In this document: positions 1-12,089 of the stretch, piece by piece
Layout of the letters: each line of letters opens with the position of its first letter
Numbering within the stretch: the first letter of the stretch is position 1
Assembly (NCBI RefSeq): GCF_026210795.1
Contig: NC_089429.1
Span: 3,782,001 to 3,846,000 of the forward strand
From: Rhizophagus irregularis
Taxonomy: Eukaryota
DNA: 64,000 bases
Direction: 5' to 3'
The notes under the pieces: model-generated
What the model was told of the DNA's origin: nothing
Databases searched by the model: none
The model's input: the letters and a program-made list of their open reading frames with translations, nothing else
Made by a program: the position numbers and the translations under genes

Positions 1-49
1 TTGATATCAGCCAAAAGGTACTGTATTAAGATTGAGAAATGGATAAATC

Positions 50-995
50 ACCCATTTTTTCATTATCATGAGATGCACAAAGGTTGATTTGCTTAATAAT
101 TAGTGAAAAAGTTCCTAAAAATTCAATTTTAATTTTGACAAAAAGTACTAAGGGTTATAATTAAGTACTTTTTGAGATTTTTTAAAATGTTGAATCTGTG
201 AAAAATAATCATGTGTTCAAATATAAAATGGTCTATTATCTAATCAAAATTTCATTTTTAGGGCGGAAAATGAGTTAAAAATCGATTTCTTTTGTAATTC
301 CTTAATTTCTACTGTGCAATTTTTGGCCGGAATTATAGCCAAATTTTTTGTATTTTTGATGAAATTTTAAATCATGAATATGCAAAAAATAGTCACTTTT
401 TATAATATTAAATGTACTATTATTTAATTAAATTTCATTTTCAGAATAGGTTTTCTATTATAAAATAGATTTAAAATGTATTTTAATTTTTCACAAAGAA
501 TTTTCTTACTTAAAAAATTTTGATAGTTGATTCTGAAAGATTTAATGAAAAATTGGTGATTTTTTTCACCATCATAAGATGCACAGAGGTCAATTTACTT
601 AATAAAATTTTAATTTCAGATGGAGTTAATTAATAAAAAAGCATCTAAAAATTCAATTTTAATTTTAGCAAAAAGTACCAAGGGGGTAATCAGGTATTTT
701 TTAAGATTTTTTAAAATGTTAAATTTGCAAAAAATAATTATATACTTAAATGTAAAATGATCTATTATTTAATCAAAATTTCATTTTCAGAGTAGATTAA
801 CTAATAGAAAATGGGCTAAAAATCCATTTCTTTTATAATTTCTTAATTTCTACTGTGCAATTTTTGGCCAGAATTATGACCAAATTTTTTGTATTTTTAA
901 TGAAAATTTTAGATCACAAATTTGTAAAAAATAATCACTTTTTATAATATTAAATATACTATTATCTAATCAAAATTTCATTTTTAGAATAAGTT
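50..995. repeat. Degenerate direct tandem duplication, ~530 bp period, ~1.8 copies
   Basis: agatgcacaaagg at ~72 recurs as agatgcacagagg at ~577. aattcaattttaatttt occurs at ~120 and ~650. taatttctactgtgcaatttttggcc occurs at ~303 and ~844. Confidence 0.8.
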
Positions 996-1259
996 AGGAG
1001 TGTTCAGGATTTGTTGATCACAATTTTATAACAAATTTGGCTATTTTTTTGTGATTTAAGCGTAATCACGATTTTTACTAAAAATTTGTGATTTTTGCGA
1101 CATTTGAATTTAATTGGATGATAAATCATATGATTGGTAAATTGATAATCTATAAATCTTAAAAATTTTTTTTACTAACTACTTTAACAACTTTATGATA
1201 TAATTATGTTAATTAATTGTTTTAATAATTCTATATTATACTGATGCATTATTTTATTT

Positions 1260-1655
1260 AGGCTGATTAATGATTTAAAATTTTTTAAAATTAGAAATAA
1301 AGCTATAGCTCCATTTATTTACTCATAAATAACAAATTTTTAAGCTTTTCTTTCATCAGGAAAAAGAAATCCTCTGATTTTAAATGAGATAATTTAAGTT
1401 TTAAGTGAGTTAGTAAGGTAAATAATAATATTGATTCTTATATATTACTATTTGCTAAAACTTTTACATTAGCGTATGAAAAATGTGAGAAACATATATT
1501 TCAACATCCAGCTTTACCATTTATATTCAAGGCAATATAATGATTTGATCCAAAATTTATTCAATTTAATATGGCTAATCATAATATGGAAGATTATAGA
1601 ATTGTTAAAGAATTTTATTTTCCAACTGATGCTTTAATACAAGAATAGGACCTCA
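1260..1655 (+). pseudogene. Decayed fragment, probably the C-terminal part of a hAT-like transposase
   Basis: Manual translation across stops and a frameshift gives ..AYEKCEKHIFQHPALP..FKAI..FDPKFIQ..MEDYRIVKEFYFPTDALIQE. The family call is from memory of fungal hAT proteins and is not verified. Confidence 0.3.
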
Positions 1656-1743
1656 CTTACTTCTAATAGAGGTCTTCTCACAAAATTTCTGATTTACTAG
1701 TAATTTTACCAACCCTTTCTGTCTCATAATTTTACCTTATATA

Positions 1744-2632
1744 CACCCACCTGCCAAAAGTATCCGGGCACTTCTAAAAAATGACCATTAAATCACATTA
1801 TCTCAACATCCAGTGATCAGAATTTAATGATTTATGATTCATTAGATTCGTCCAATTGAGACGCATCTAACCGCAGTATTTTCAAGTCTGTAGGTTCAAT
1901 AGATCAGAAGTTATCGATAAATGTCTAAAAACAGTAAAATGCAAATAACTTTTGATCCATCAATCCTAGAGATATGAAAATAATAGATACAATAATGTAC
2001 CTTAACAAGACAAATCTAATGAGTCATATTTCATCTTACTAGGTTTAATAGGAAAGAAAATGTTATGAAATTTGTATTTGCTAAATTTTTAAAGATAAAA
2101 AATGAATTATTTGCATTTTACTGTTGAGAATAACATCTGATCCATCAAATTTAGAGACATAATAATACTGCAATTAGATGCATCTTGATAATATGAATTC
2201 ATTGAATCATAAATAATTAAATTCTGATCACTGGTTATTGAAATAATGTAATTTAACTTTATGAAGTAATTCATTTTTCATCTTTAAAAATTTAGCAAAT
2301 ACAAATTTCATAACATTTTCTTTCCTATTAAACCTAGTAAGATGAAATATGACTCATTAGATTTGTCTTGTTAAGGTACATTATTGTATCTATTATTTTC
2401 ATATCTCTAGGATTGATGGATCAAAAGTTATTTGCATTTTACTGTTTTTAGACATTTATCGATAACTTCTGATCTATTGAACCTACAGACTTGAAAATAC
2501 TGCGGTTAGATGCGTCTCAATTGGACGAATCTAATGAATCATAAATCATTAAATTCTGATCACTGGATGTTGAGATAATGTGATTTAATGGTCATTTTTT
2601 AGAAGTGCCTGGATACTTTTGGCAGGTGAGTG
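1744..2632. mobile_element. Foldback MITE, Tc1/mariner-like, with ~365 bp near-perfect TIRs and a TA TSD
   Basis: 1744-~2109 is the reverse complement of ~2267-2632 with very few mismatches (CACCCACCTGCCAAAAGTATCC... / ...GGATACTTTTGGCAGGTGAGTG). TA flanks at 1742-1743 and 2633-2634. Confidence 0.93.
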
Positions 2633-3559
2633 TATAGTGTGACCTTTTAAAATTATATTGAATTTTACCTTAAATTTTTAAAGACCTAAATTTTCTTTAA
2701 AAAATATTTAATTATTAAATAAAGTATTTTACAATAGTTTAAAATTTTTTTAAATATTCATTAAATTCTTATTAATATAAAATTTTATTATTTTTATTAC
2801 TATAAATAAATTTTAATATAAAAAAATACAAAATATAAATTTGCAAATTATTAAAAATCCAGTGATCAGATTTTGATAAATTTTATACCATTAAAATAAT
2901 CTCATTAAGATAATTCTAATGGTAGTAAAATCATCTTTCTAGGTTTAATATTGACTGAGATAAGTTTTAATAAATTTTATTAATTAATTAAAAAATTATT
3001 AAAAAATTTTCTATGTTAAAATGAAGTAAAATTAGTTATTTAATATAAAAATAATACTGAGAAATTACAAAATTTTTTTAAAAATTTATGGACAATTTTC
3101 TCTTCCCTTATCTCGTTACCACTCTTTTGTTCTAAAGTTCTTTATATAAATTTTTATCATTATGCTATTACATCTAAAATAATTTCTATTTCATCTAAAT
3201 TTGTTTATATTTTAATATTTAAATTTGTTACACCGTCACTAGGGATTGGAATTGATTTCCATTATTAGAATCGATTTTAAAATTGATTTAATCACAATTA
3301 ATTGTTTTGCAAATACCAATTTTTTTATACTATTTATAATAGGATGTTTAAACACATATCATGTAATTACAAATTAATTGTGATCGACGAACAAATTTTC
3401 TTTTTTGGAAATTTGTACAACCTTATGCAATAGAAACTTGAATTTTATTGGGAAATAAAATTTCCTTTTTAGGAAGTTTATATTCCGTCAAGTAATTCGT
3501 GGCCAAAATTATAAATTTGGCTAAAATTAAGAAATCCACCAGTCATTAATTAACGAAAC

Positions 3560-3674
3560 TGCGTCATAATAAGTAAATTCGATTGTTATTGTTAATCTTT
3601 TCATGTTTTCTCCTTATACTTTAAATTAATCCTTTCCTGTAAACAGGAAGTTGAGCTGTTACTTGGCTAATAGA
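3560..3674 (-). pseudogene. gag: Distal part of the Gypsy-like gag ORF, continuing beyond the hAT insertion
   Basis: Removing 3675-5785 joins ...AKYISNLLCGLSI to SQVTAQLPVYRKGLI*SIRRKHEK in frame. Confidence 0.7.
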
Positions 3675-5777
3675 TAGTGTTCTGAATGGATCAAATCAGA
3701 TCAGATTTGAGATGAATCCGATCTGATCTGAATTCGGATCAAAAAAAGTTGGATTTGATCCGATCTGAATTCGAAACAAAAATAATTGGATCTGATCCGA
3801 TCTGAATCCGAAATGAGCTTGATTCGATTCGGTTTGAATCCAATTCAAATAAAACCTATCCGGTCCGAATCCGATCTGAATCAGAAGTTAAAAAATGTTT
3901 CGCAACGTTTTTTTAAAGATTTATTTAATAAAAAATGTTGCGAAACATTTTTTATTTCAATTTAAATGAAAAAAACTATTGCGAAACGGGTTTTTAACGA
4001 ATTTAATAAAAACTGTTGCGAAACAGTTTTTTAACAAATTTAATAAAAACTGTTGCGAAACGGGTTTTTAACAAATTTAATAAAAACTGTTGCGAAATGG
4101 GTTTTTAACGAATTTAATAAAAACTGTTGCGAAATGGTTTTTTAACGAATTTAATAAAAACCGTTGCGAAATGGTTTATTTAACTAAAAAAATCGTTTTG
4201 CAACAGTTTTTTAAAATATTTTAATATAAACTGTTGCGAAACGGTTTATTTAACTAGAAAAACCGTTTCGCAATGGTTTTTTAAAATATTTTAATATAAA
4301 CCATTGCGAAATGGTTTATTTAACTAAAAAGAATCATTTCGCAACGGTTTTTTAAATTGTTTTAGTATAAACTGTTGCGAAACAGTTTTTTTAACGATTT
4401 TAATATAAACTGTTGCGAAATGGTTTTTTTAATGATTTTAATATAAACCGTTGCAAAACGGTTTATTTAATTAAAAAGAACCGTTGCGAACGGTTTATTT
4501 AATTAAAAAGAACCATTTCGCAACAGTTTATTTAATTAAAAAGAACCGTTTCACAACGGTTTTTTAATTGTTTTAATATGAACTGTTGCGAAACGGTTTA
4601 TTTAACTAAAAAACCATTTCACAACGGTTTTTTTAACGATTTTAATATAAACTGTTGCAAAATGGTTTATTTAACTAAAAAAAACCGTTTCACAATGGTT
4701 CTTTTAATTGTTTTAATATAAACCGTTGTGAAACGGTTTTTTTAACGATTTTAATATAAATCGTTGCGAAACGGTTTATTTAACTAAAAAGAACTATTTC
4801 GCAACAGTTCTTTTAATTGTTTTAATATAAACTGTTGCAAAACGGTTTATTTAATTAAAAAGAACCGTTTCACAATGGTTTTTTAAAATATTTTAATATA
4901 AACCGTTGCGAAATGGTTTATTTAATTAAAAAGAACCGTTTTGCAATAGTTTTTTAAAATATTTTAATATAAACCATTGCAAAACGGTTTATTTAACTAA
5001 AAAAACCATTTCGCAATAGTTTTTTTTAATGATTTTAATGTAAACCGTTGTAAAACAGTTTATTTAACTAAAAAAACCATTTTGCAATGGTTTTTTTAAT
5101 GATTTTAATATAAACCATTTCGCAATAGTTTTTTAATGATTTTAATATAAACCATTTCGCAATGGTTTTTTTAATGATTTTAATATAAACTATTGCGAAA
5201 TGGTTTATTTAACTAAAAAGAACCATTTCGCAACGGTTTTTTAAATTGTTTTAGTATAAACTGTTGCAAAATGGTTTATTTAACTAAAAGGAACCATTGC
5301 GCAACAGTTTTTAAATTGTTTTAATATAAACCGTTGCAAAACAGTTTATTTAATTAAAAAGAACCGTTTTGCAACGGTTTTTTAAAATATTTTAATATAA
5401 ACCATTACAAAATGGTTTATTTAACTAAAAAAAACCATTGCGCAATGGTTTTTTAAATTGTTTTAATATAAACCGTTGCGAAATGGTTTATTTAACTAAA
5501 AATAACCATTTCGCAACAGTTTTTTATTGTCTTAATAAAAAACATTGCGCAAAACATTTTTTATTTTCTAAGATTTGGATCCGATCCGAATCCGTTCGAA
5601 TCTGATTCGATCCGATCCAATTTGAATAAATAACTGATCCGATCTGATTCGATCTGAAACAGATCAAATTTTTTTGATTCAGATCAGATCACGGATCATA
5701 AAAAAGCTGATCCGATCCGATCCGTTTCGGATCAGATACGCGAATACGAATCGGATCGGATTTTTTTCGGAATACTA
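3675..5777. mobile_element. Non-autonomous hAT-type element with an 8-bp TSD, GATCC/GGATC subterminal repeats and an internal satellite
   Basis: TIR TAGTGTTCTGAA / TTCGGAATACTA. TSD CTAATAGA at 3667-3674 and 5778-5785. Dense (G)ATCCGATC motifs at 3685-3885 and 5575-5765. Confidence 0.92.
3890..5565. repeat. Internal satellite of ~31-40 bp units built on the quasi-palindrome AAACCGTT(G/T)CG(A/C)AACGGTTT
   Basis: Dozens of copies of aaac(c/t)gttgcgaaa(c/t)ggttt alternate with the inverse form aaccgtttcgcaacggttt. Confidence 0.9.
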
Positions 5778-5785
5778 CTAATAGA

Positions 5786-7693
5786 TAGACCACAAAGTAG
5801 GTTACTAATATATTTAGCTATGTCAAATTCATTGACATTTTCAATAGGTGCAGGAACCATTTTGGTTCTTACTTTTCTTTTTGTAGAAGTTTCTGCTGTA
5901 GCATTCATATCCATTGGTATAGTAGGAGTTACTGGAGGAATAGGTTGGGTATATAATTGGTCTTTCTTTCAAGATTCTGAAAATCTTGTTCTTTTCCTCT
6001 AGGAGAGGATATCTCGTATAGAACAGATCTAGAACGAGTTGTAATATATGCTTCATATTCGTCTTCTTCTTCCTATTCTTCTTTATATTCATCCTCATAT
6101 TCATCATAGTAAATTTCTGCTTCATCATCTGCATAATTAATAGGGGTAATTGGTGCTCTTTGGTGAGGGCGATTATTATTATTATTGTTACCATTTCTAT
6201 TATTGGTATTTCTTCCCATTTGGCAATTCTGGAAATATGTCTCACATTTCCACATCTGAAACAAGCGATATTTGGATTAAAAAAAATTCTGAGTAAGGGC
6301 TTGCCATTTTGACGATTTTGATTATTATTATTAGGTACGTAGTCAGTATTTCGGAGTGCTTTGTTGAACCATTAAAACTGATGAAAGATTTGCATAATTA
6401 AGAGCGAGTTGTTGCATTTGTTTTGTTAATGCTTCCATTTCATCTACTTGTGGAGTTGGTTTAACAGTAGTAGTAGTGGTTGAAATAGGTTCTGTAGTAC
6501 TAGTAGTTGCTAGTGTTGTAGTTAAAAGAGTAGTATTTACATTTAATTTTACTAACTTGGCTCGGGTAATGGTTACCTCTAAAGTATTAGCATTCCCAAT
6601 TACTACTTGTCCAACTAAGAAAGGCTTAAGACTATTAATATAGTAATTAATTTGATATCTTGCAGCTAAAGCTTCTCCTTAGGTGGTCTTATTCAATAAC
6701 TTTTAAAGCGTCAAGAATAAGTTTTCACAGATTCATTATCTCTTTGTTTAATATTTTGCAGTTCTCTGGTCCACTGGTTCATTCGAGCAGCAGTTGCAAA
6801 ATATGCTATAAACTGGATGTCAAAGTTATTTGCATTGTAATCTATATGCCATTGGTTTATAATTCCTTTGTTATCCTCATACCAATCGTGTGCAGCTTCC
6901 TTAAGAAATCTAGCGGCTAAAGCAACTTTTCGATTGTCTGGCCATCTATTAACTGCAAAGGCAGCTTCAAAGAGTTGACACTATTCGTATAGATCTTCAT
7001 CATCACGTCTATAGAAAAAGGGAACATCTATAACTTTAGATGTTGTACAGTTTTGGTTGGCAGTTGTAAGAGCATTAATGGCATTAAGATTATTTTGTAA
7101 CGTAGTAGTAATGGCATTTGTATTGTTATTCAAAGTATTTTCCAAAAGGTTTCCAACATTTCTGGGGTTATTATTATCAGCTGGGTCAGCTCCTCAAACT
7201 AATTTTATAAGTTCTTTCATTTGACCTTTATTCATGTTGGCATTATTATTTACTGATGTATTATGAAAAATTTGATATGCGTTAGTTACTTGAATATCAG
7301 TAGGTAAACTCTTAAATCCGTTTGTTAATTCAAATAATTTATGTAAATAAAAGGATAATTCTAATAAAGGGGTATTTATTTGTCAAAACTTTATACTTTG
7401 TAGGATCTTAGTAGTTATACCAATAAGTGTATTAAGTTGGGTAGTTATGAAGAATTCAGTTTTTAATACTTTAAAAGTGGCTACTGTTGCTCCAGTATAT
7501 TGTTTTGCTGTGTACTGAATAGAAATCCAGAGCCAAAATTTCTCAAATCTGTTAGGAATATTGTCAGCTGGAATAGAATCTGTTGGATAATACTGAATAA
7601 TACAATAAACTTCTTTTTAGTTGATTGTTTTTTCTCTACAATGTTTTCTTTATATAACTTTAATTCTCCTTTAGATAAATTGTAAAATGGCAT
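5786..7693 (-). pseudogene. gag: Ty3/Gypsy-like gag with CCHC zinc knuckle, disrupted by stops and frameshifts
   Basis: Minus-strand translation gives DVPFFY..DEDLYE*CQLFEAAFAVNRWPDNRKVALAARFLKEAAHDWY (capsid-like), then LKPFLVGQVVIGNANTLEVTITRAKLV, then CFRCGNVRHISRNC (CX2CX4HX4C, ~6220-6265). It lies downstream of an LTR and PBS. Confidence 0.8.
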
Positions 7694-7896
7694 TTAATTT
7701 CAAAATTCAAATTGTTGCAAGTACATCTGCAAATATCTCAAGTACGTCTGAGAAAATAAATTTTGTTTGCAAGTGCGTCTGCAAGTATTCTTAAGTTCGT
7801 CTGAGAAAAGAAGTTACGTCGGCAAGTTCATCTGCAAGTATTTTCAAGTTCGTCTGAAAAATAAAATCAATTGTTAATTCATAGTATTAGCCTTTT

Positions 7897-7914
7897 ACTT
7901 GGCAGGAATCACTA
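7897..7914 (-). promoter_or_regulatory. Putative primer binding site, T(A)GTGATTCCTGCCAAGT
   Basis: Starts 2 nt after the LTR end. It reads as TGG (one G>A change) followed by the complement of a tRNA 3' end ...GGCAGGAATCA-CCA. The tRNA-Val-like assignment is an inference. Confidence 0.6.
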
Positions 7915-7916
7915 CT

Positions 7917-8438
7917 TGTTAACTGATTTGGTATGTTAAATAGATTAACTATGATTTGCAGTTAGGGAGATTAAGTACGTTTAACTATGACTGAAATCTA
8001 ATTAAACAAGATACGCTTAAAATAGGGAGTTCGTTTATAGTGTAAAATGTTATACTTTATTGTAGAACTTTATAATTACAAGAACTTATCAAAACTAAAG
8101 AACTAAAAGAACTAGGGTGAACTGAAGGAACTAAACTTATAACAAAGGAAAATACCAATGTTATTTATATAAAAGTTACTATATATAAAGATATAATAAA
8201 TATAATAGATATAATAAATATAAGAAATATAACTAATATAATAAATATAATAAATAAATTAAATATAATAAATAAAATAATTATATCGTTTATATTAAAT
8301 ATAATTAATATAATAAAAATAATAGGCTAAATTGGCTGCGACTAAGTCAGTTTGGCACAGTTGGGCACAATAGATCCTAATTTTCCACATGATCTTTTGG
8401 CGTAGTAAGATATAACTCTACATATAACTAGAGTAACA
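7917..8438 (-). mobile_element. 5' LTR of a truncated Gypsy-like retrotransposon
   Basis: On the minus strand it runs TGTTACTC...GTTAACA and is followed by the PBS and gag. Its layout matches the solo LTR at 53255 (TGTTAAC start, GTTAGGGAG, TTTATATAAAA, A-rich block). No partner LTR is in the window. Confidence 0.75.
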
Positions 8439-8439
8439 A

Positions 8440-8655
8440 TGGTTACTAATAACTGTTTTTTCTTTTTTTTTAGGCTTCAGGTTGGCTTCTTCCGATCTTC
8501 AGAAAAGGTGGAACCAAGATTCGTAAGTACGAATCTTGGTTTATTTTTTTTCAATTTTTTTTTTTAATATTATTATGAACGGTTACTAATAACCATTCTT
8601 CTCTTTTTTTTATAAGTTCGAGTGGATTGCTAAAAAACGATCAAAGATTCATATA
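8440..8655 (+). repeat. Two exon+intron repeat units of the same family as 9045-10275, in opposite orientation
   Basis: tactaat..tttttag GCTTCAGG...AAGATTC gtaagtacgaatc...ggttactaataacc..tataag TTCGAGTGG..AAAGATTC. Confidence 0.65.
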
Positions 8656-8814
8656 TATGAATACATGAATCATGTAATTGTGGAATTGTATTTGAATTAG
8701 CAATATTTTTTGTAAATTAGATAGATGCAATAATAATAATATAATTATAAAGTATTTAAGCATTAATAAATACATTTATTTAATAATAAATTTGATAAAA
8801 AAAATCGTAAATAA

Positions 8815-9032
8815 ATGGGTTGTTATTAGACCATAATTCAGTTTAAAGTTTTAAGGTCAAATATTGGTCAATTTAAGCCTAAATAATAGTTGAATAATTA
8901 GTCCAAATTTGGGACAATTGGCACCCTAAATGCGTCCGAAAATTCAACCTCAATTTGACACAGGTTAGACCATCATTTGACCTATATTCGACCTGATCAA
9001 ATTTAGGCTGAATTGTTCTTTTTTGACTAGTG
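8815..9032. mobile_element. Orphan right terminus of a CACTA-like element
   Basis: Ends ...TTTTTTGACTAGTG, whose reverse complement is CACTAGTCAAAAAA. It is preceded by degenerate GACC/GGTC repeats. No matching left end was found. Confidence 0.5.
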
Positions 9033-9044
9033 ATTCATAAATAT

Positions 9045-9286
9045 ATTACTTACGAATCTTAAAGATTCTCATTTTTCTGATCTTCAGAAACCTACATAAA
9101 CCTATAAAAAAGAAAAGAACAGTTATTAATAACCATTCATAATATTTTATTAAAAAAATAAAAAAAAAGTAAAAATTCATACTTACAATCTTTATCTTTA
9201 AGGTTTTATTTTTCAGAAACCCACCGAACCTAAAAAAAATAAGAAAGAAACGGTTAATAAACCATTCCAAAATGATAAATAAATAA

Positions 9287-9324
<38 letters not shown>

Positions 9325-10275
9325 ATCGTATTTACAAATCTTTATCTTTGGGTTTTCATTCTTTAGAAACCCATCTGAATCTAAAAAATAAAGAAAAAAA
9401 TGGTTATTAGTAATCGTTTGTAATAAAAAAAATAAAAAAAAAAATTTATAAAAGATTTGTTCTTATGAATCTTTAGGTTTTTGTTCTTTAGAAGTCCACC
9501 CGAACCTATAAAAAATAAAAGAAAAAGAATGGTTAATACCCATTCATAATATTAAAAAAAAAATAAACCAAATTCTGAACTTATGAAACTTAGTTTTTTC
9601 CATTCTTCAGAAATCACCCGAATAGCTGAACCTACAAAAAAAAGAAAAAAAGAATGGTTAGTAACCGTTCATATTAAAAAAAATAAAATAAAATCTCCAA
9701 AGTATTCGTACTTACAAATCTTTGGAGTTTCTGTACTTCAGAAGTCCACTCGAAAGTTGAATCTAAAAAAAGGTAAAAAAGAATGGTTAATAACTGTTCA
9801 TATTAAAAAAATAAAATAAACTCTAAAGAATTCATATTTACGAATCTTTAGAGTTTCTGTATTTCAGAAGTCACCTGAACAGCCAAACCTATAAAAAAAG
9901 AAAGAAAAAAGAATGGTTAATAACCGTTCATATTAAAAAAAAAATAAAAAAAATCTCTAAAGTATTCGTACTTACGAATCTTTGGAGTTTCTGTACTTCT
10001 CGAAAGCTAAACCTATAAAAAAAGAAAAAAAAAGAACAGTTAGTAACCGTTTATATTAAAAAAAATAAAAAAATCTTCAAAGAATTCATACTTACAAATC
10101 TTTAAAGTTTCTGTACTTCAGAAGTCCACCTGAATGGCTGAATCTATAAAAAAAAAGAAAAAAGAACAGTTAGTAACCGTTTATATTAAAAAAAATAAAA
10201 TAAACTCCAAAGAATTCGTATTTATGAATTTTTGGAGTTTGAAACCCACCCGAAAGCTTAATCTATAAAAAAAAG
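9045..10275 (-). repeat. Tandem array of 9 exon+intron units (~120-150 bp each)
   Basis: On the minus strand each unit reads polyT-(T)AG | 37-48 nt exon | GTAAGT (some copies GTAAAT or ATAAGT) ... GGTTA(C/T)TAAC branch site. Confidence 0.8.
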
Positions 10276-10525
10276 TAAAAAAGTGAAAGGGAAAAGGGGA
10301 AGAAAGGAAAAGGAGAACGAAGAAAATGAAAAGGAAGAAAGAGAAACAGGGAAGGGAATGAAGAAAGGGAAAGAGAAGGGAAGAAAAAAATTAAAAAAAG
10401 TTTAAAAAAGAATATATAAGATGATTTTTTTTTAAACTTTTAATATGTGTAATGTGTAATGTGTAATGCATAATGTTTGATTAATATAATTCAATAAATC
10501 AACCATAAATCATATATGTCAAAAT

Positions 10526-10802
10526 TTGGCCAAAATGTGTGATAGATCAGCTGAATTTTTGCTGATTTGTCATATGACCAAAAGCTTTAATTTTAATCAG
10601 TATTATGACTGTTATGCTTGTCATCTTCATTACCAATCTATTAAAACATACAAGAATGTAGGTACTATTGAACAATGTAGAAAATGTGGAAGGAAAAATA
10701 TAGAAAAATCTAGATTTCAAAATCTGGATGAAGAACATATCAAGAAAATTACATCTCACTGTGTTGGAGTCTTTTATAAGAAAGAGTTCTCATAGTATCA
10801 GA
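10526..10802 (+). pseudogene. 5' part of a small Cys-rich (CxxC..CxxC) ORF interrupted by the Plavaka element; probably continues at 30096-30499
   Basis: The ORF contains CYAC...QCRKC. Joining across the GA TSD continues the frame (EFS*YQNQFYKSNYSCRRLK) with further stops. Confidence 0.35.
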
Positions 10803-10819
10803 CATCAGAAATTTAAACA

Positions 10820-11470
10820 CGGCATAATGTTCCGTAAGTTTACGGATTTTCGTAAAATTACGTACATTTACGGCATAATGTTCTGTAGATTTACGGATTT
10901 CCGTAAATCTACGTAATTTTACGATCAAAATATTCCGAAATAATACGGGATCGTAAATGTTCTAAAGCATTACGATTGAAATATTCCGAAATAATACGTG
11001 ATCGTAAATGTTCCGAAGCATTACGGTCAAAATATTCTGTAATAATACGTGATCACAAATGTTTTGAAACATTACGATCAAAATATTCTGTAATAATACG
11101 TGATCGTAAATGTTCTGAAGCATTACGATCGAAATATTCTGTAATAATACGTGATCGTAAATGTTCTGAAGCATTACGATCAAAATATTCCGTAATAATA
11201 CGTGATCGTAAATGTTTCTAAGCATTACGATCGAAATATTCCGTAGAATTACGATATCGTAAATGTTCTGAAGCATTACGATCAAAATATTCCGTAGAAT
11301 TATGATATCACAATTGTTCCGAAGCATTACGATCAAAATATTCCATAATAATACGTGATTGAAAATGTTCCGAAGCATTACGATCGAAATATTCCGTAAT
11401 AATATGTGATCGTAAATGTTTTGAAGCATTACGGTCAAAATATTTCGTAATAATACGTGATCGTAAATAT
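10820..11470. repeat. Left subterminal repeats of the Plavaka element (51-bp unit, ~11 copies)
   Basis: Unit aaatattccgtaataatacgtgatcgtaaatgttccgaagcattacgatcg. Confidence 0.92.
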
Positions 11471-11471
11471 T

Positions 11472-11789
11472 AGCCCTGTTCATTTCCGGTCGGGTACATT
11501 TTTCGGTCGGATTTTGTTGTACAAAAATTATCCAATAAAATTTTTTTATTTTCGATCGCAAATTGAACTGCTTTAGATTGAAATTTAGTTTAAACTCCTT
11601 GTATTTCCTGTAACTGGTTTTGTTAGGATTAAAAAGGAAATTATAACTTATGTCTTTTTCTTAAATATCACGTAAACAGAAATTATCTAATTTTGGTTGG
11701 TTGTTTTTGGTATTCAAAACAGGCTAAAAGTTCAGAAAATGGTTGCGTTGTACACCGAAAAATGTGATCGACCGGAAATGAACAGGGCT
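11472..11789. mobile_element. MITE with ~35 bp TIRs and a 3-bp ATT TSD (PIF/Harbinger-group-like)
   Basis: AGCCCTGTTCATTTCCGGTCG..ACATTTTTCGGT / ACCGAAAAATGT..CGACCGGAAATGAACAGGGCT. Removing the element and one ATT restores the host unit tcgtaaatattttgaagc. Confidence 0.88.
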
Positions 11790-12089
11790 ATTTTGAAGCG
11801 TTATGGTCGAAATATTCTGTAATAAATTCAATAACTTATATTACGCTACGTAACTTATCTCATCTGGTAATTCAAGTTTCTAAAATAATCATTTTTATTT
11901 ATTACAATCGTAATATTTCACATTTACACAAAATAAAGTGGCCAACTACATAATGATCAAATATATTTTACCCGAACATGTATTTATTTATTGACTTGAA
12001 AATTATCTCCTTTATTAAAATAAATGGGATATTAAAATATATGGGGGGATATTAAAATATAAAAAATATATGCGTAGTCAATTATTATT

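Noticed and set aside
3237..3260. CACTAGGG as the left partner of the CACTA end at 9032
   Set aside because: There is no similarity beyond CACTAG and no matching TSD.
7893..7912. TTACTTGGCAGG resembles the U1 snRNA 5' end
   Set aside because: The match is only ~12 nt with no U1 structure following. Its position next to the LTR is better explained as a PBS.
10962..11561. 199-aa and 81-aa ORFs with 17-aa periodicity
   Set aside because: They are translations of the 51-bp subterminal repeat, and one starts inside a MITE.
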